A stretch of 64,000 nt of DNA from Centroscyllium fabricii. Lineage: Eukaryota. The stretch is from assembly GCA_051313645.2 (NCBI GenBank), contig JBNRSN020000001.1, positions 31,186,001-31,250,000 of the forward strand, read 5' to 3'. A program made the position numbers and the translations under genes. Shown here piece by piece: positions 61,701 through 64,000 of this stretch. The notes under the pieces were generated by a model that was given only the letters and a program-made list of their open reading frames with translations, had not been told where the DNA came from and did no database searches. Positions within the stretch are counted from its first letter, which is position 1, and every line of letters begins with the position of its first letter.

Positions 61701-63417
61701 AACCATGGCACCAGGGCAACTGTCACCACCAGCGGACTCGAGCAGCACGGACCATGAAGGATCATCACCGGAACTCCGGCGGTCCTCCAGGCTGGCACGA
61801 CCACCGGATAGGCTGATATTGAACTGCTCGGTCCATTCACCCCCCCCTCCCCCCCCCCCCGGACTTAACATTTTCAAGAAGGGGTGAATGTGGTAACCCA
61901 TAATGTTATGTTATACCACTGTATTCTTGTTGCCAATAATTGGCTGTGTATGTGTGATACACAGCCCTGTAACACTGTCGGGAGCCAGGTCAGCCACCCA
62001 TCTAACTCCTCCCCCAGGTGAGGCCTTTATAGGTGGAGACTGACTGAGGGTCCCTCATTCCTGCTCAGATGTTCGTTCGGAGGGTAGCTCCTAAGTAAGT
62101 GATTAAAAGCCTATAGTTACGGTAACTACTCGTTGAGTCTTTTACTCTGGGATATTGACGATACGTCAATGGGGCATACAGGGTAGGATAAAGAAAAAAA
62201 GGAAGATTATGACAGATACCGAGGCTCAATATAGCAGAAACGCTAGAGTATAGAAAGTGCAGGGGTGACAATTAAAAAGGAAATTAGGAAAGCAAAGAGA
62301 GGGCATGAAAAAATATTGCCAAGTAAAATTAAGGAAACCTAAAGATGTTTTATAAATAAATTAAGAGCAACAGGATAACTAAAGTAAGAGTAGGGCCTAT
62401 TAGGGACCATAAAGATAATCTGTGTGTGGAGGCGGAAGACATGGGTATGGTTCTTAATGAATACATTGCAGCTGTTTTCACAAAAGAGAGGGATGTTGCA
62501 AAAATTGCGATCAGGGAGGAGGAATGTGAAATATTAGATTAAATTAACTTAGTGAAAGAGGAAGTATTAAGGGGTTTAGTATCTTTGAAAGTGGATAAAT
62601 CCCCAGGCCCGGATGGAATGTATCCCAGACTGTTAAGAGAAATAAGAAAGGAAGTAGCAGAGGTTCTGACCATCATTTTCCAATCCTCCCTGGCTACAGG
62701 TTTGGTGCCGGAGGACTGGAGGACTGCTAATATGGTACCGTTGTTTAAAAAGAGAGAAAGGGATAGACCAAATAATTACAGGCCAGTCAGCCTAACCTCG
62801 GTGGTGGGAATATTATTGAAAATAATTCTGAGGGACAGGATAAATCTTCATTTAGAAAGACACGGATTAATCAGGGACAGTCAGCATGGATTTGTTAAGG
62901 GAAGGTGGTGTCAAACTAACTTGAGCGTATTTTTGAGGAGGTAACAAGGAGGTCGATGAGGATAGAGCATTTGATGTAGTCTTTCTGATTTTAGCAAGGC
63001 TTTTGATAAGGTCCCGCCTGGCAGACTGGACATGAAATTAAAAGCCCACAGAATCGAAGGCAAAATGGCAAGTTGGATCCAAAATTGGCTCAGAGGCAGG
63101 AAGCAAATGGTAATGGTCCAAGGATGTTTTTGTGACTGGAAGGCTGTTTCCAGTGGGGTTCTGAAGGGCTCAGTACTGGGTCCTTTGCTTTTTGTGGTAT
63201 GTATCAATAATTTGGACTTGAATGTCGGAAGTATGATTAAGAAGTTTGCAGATGAGACAAAAATTGTCCGTGTGGATGATAATGAAGAAGAAATCTGTGG
63301 ACTGCAGGAAGATATCAATGGACTGGTCGGGTGGGCGGAACGGTGGCAAATGGAATTCAATCCGGAGAAGTGTGAGGTAATGCATTGGGGAGGGCTAACA
63401 AGGGAACACACAATAAA

Positions 63418-63827
63418 GGGCGGCACGGTGGCACAGTGGTAGCACTGTTGTCTCACAGCACTGGAGACCCGGGTTCAAATCCAGCCTCGTGTACTATCTG
63501 TGTGGAGTTTGCACATTCTCCCCATGTTTGCGTGGGTTTCCTCCGGGTGCTCCGGTTTCCTCCCACAGTCCAAAGATGTGCGGGTTAGGTTGATTGGCCA
63601 GGATAAATTGACCCTTAGTGTTAGGGGGATTGAATATGTGGGGTTACGGGGATAGGGTGGGATATGTGTCGGTGCAGGTTCGATAGGGATCGAGGGATAT
63701 GGGGAGAGGGCAGTGATGGGGTGCTGGGTTTGGATGATCAGCCATGATCTCATTGAATGGCGGAGCAGGCTCGAAGGGCTGAATGGCCTACTCCTGCTCC
63801 TAGTTTCTATGATTCTATGATTCTATG
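63418..63827 (+). mobile_element. HE1/V-SINE-type SINE, full length, long-tail variant
   Basis: Homologous to 35904-36300; inserted in CR1 RT. Confidence 0.92.
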
Positions 63828-64000
63828 AAAGGGTAGGACTCTGAGAGCAGAGGCTCAGATGAACCTTGGAGTGCATGTCCACAGATCCCTGAAGGTAGCA
63901 GGACCGGTAGATAAGGTGGTGAAGAAGAGATATGGGATACTTGCCTTTATTTGCCAAGGCATAGATTATAAGAGCAGGGAGGTTACGCTTGAACTGTATA

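Larger units (their letters stand above)
52430..62168 (+). mobile_element. Gypsy YLDN family copy C, full length, interrupted by copy D
   Basis: 280-bp LTRs at 52430-52709 and 61889-62168 (9 mismatches by eye) and perfect TSD ATGGG (52425-52429, 62169-62173). gag-pol spans 52736-53914 + 58788-61887, with stops (~52922, ~59216) and a deletion (~59604). Confidence 0.96.
51543..64000 (+). mobile_element. Decayed CR1 LINE hosting two SINEs and the Gypsy C/D pair; runs off the window
   Basis: EN motifs YYRPP, VLDLV and GSDHNSI (51873-52429) resume after 62173 with SPGPDGMYP, NYRPVSLTS and FADETK. Confidence 0.88.

Noticed and set aside
52430-62168. Tandem LTR array or assembly duplication
   Set aside because: Distinct LTR pairs and separate perfect TSDs show that D is nested in C.

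Overview
Eukaryotic, almost entirely repeat-derived, gene-poor DNA. It is very probably from a cartilaginous fish (shark), judging by HE1/V-SINE-type SINEs, many CR1 LINEs and Harbinger-derived elements. No host protein-coding gene is recognisable; there are only two weak minus-strand exon candidates and some enhancer-like unique islands. The first 38 kb is a mosaic of CR1 LINEs, a Rex1/Babar fragment, tRNA- and 5S rRNA-derived SINEs, Harbinger and Tc1/pogo-type MITEs, and solo LTRs. The region 38.85-62.17 kb holds four copies (A-D) of one compact (~4.87 kb) Ty3/Gypsy family, nested in pairs (A in B, D in C) with perfect 5-bp TSDs on A, C and D, plus a truncated CsRn1-like Gypsy. The best lead is this family. 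It has no tRNA primer-binding site; instead the 13-14 nt after the 5' LTR are perfectly complementary to a segment of its own LTR. Four positions of that duplex co-vary between copies, and the LTR segment is also the poly(A) hexamer. All four copies also have YLDN instead of YxDD in RT, and a 45-bp in-frame repeat carrying YY1 consensus sites. All coordinates and mismatch counts were read by eye; no database search was possible.
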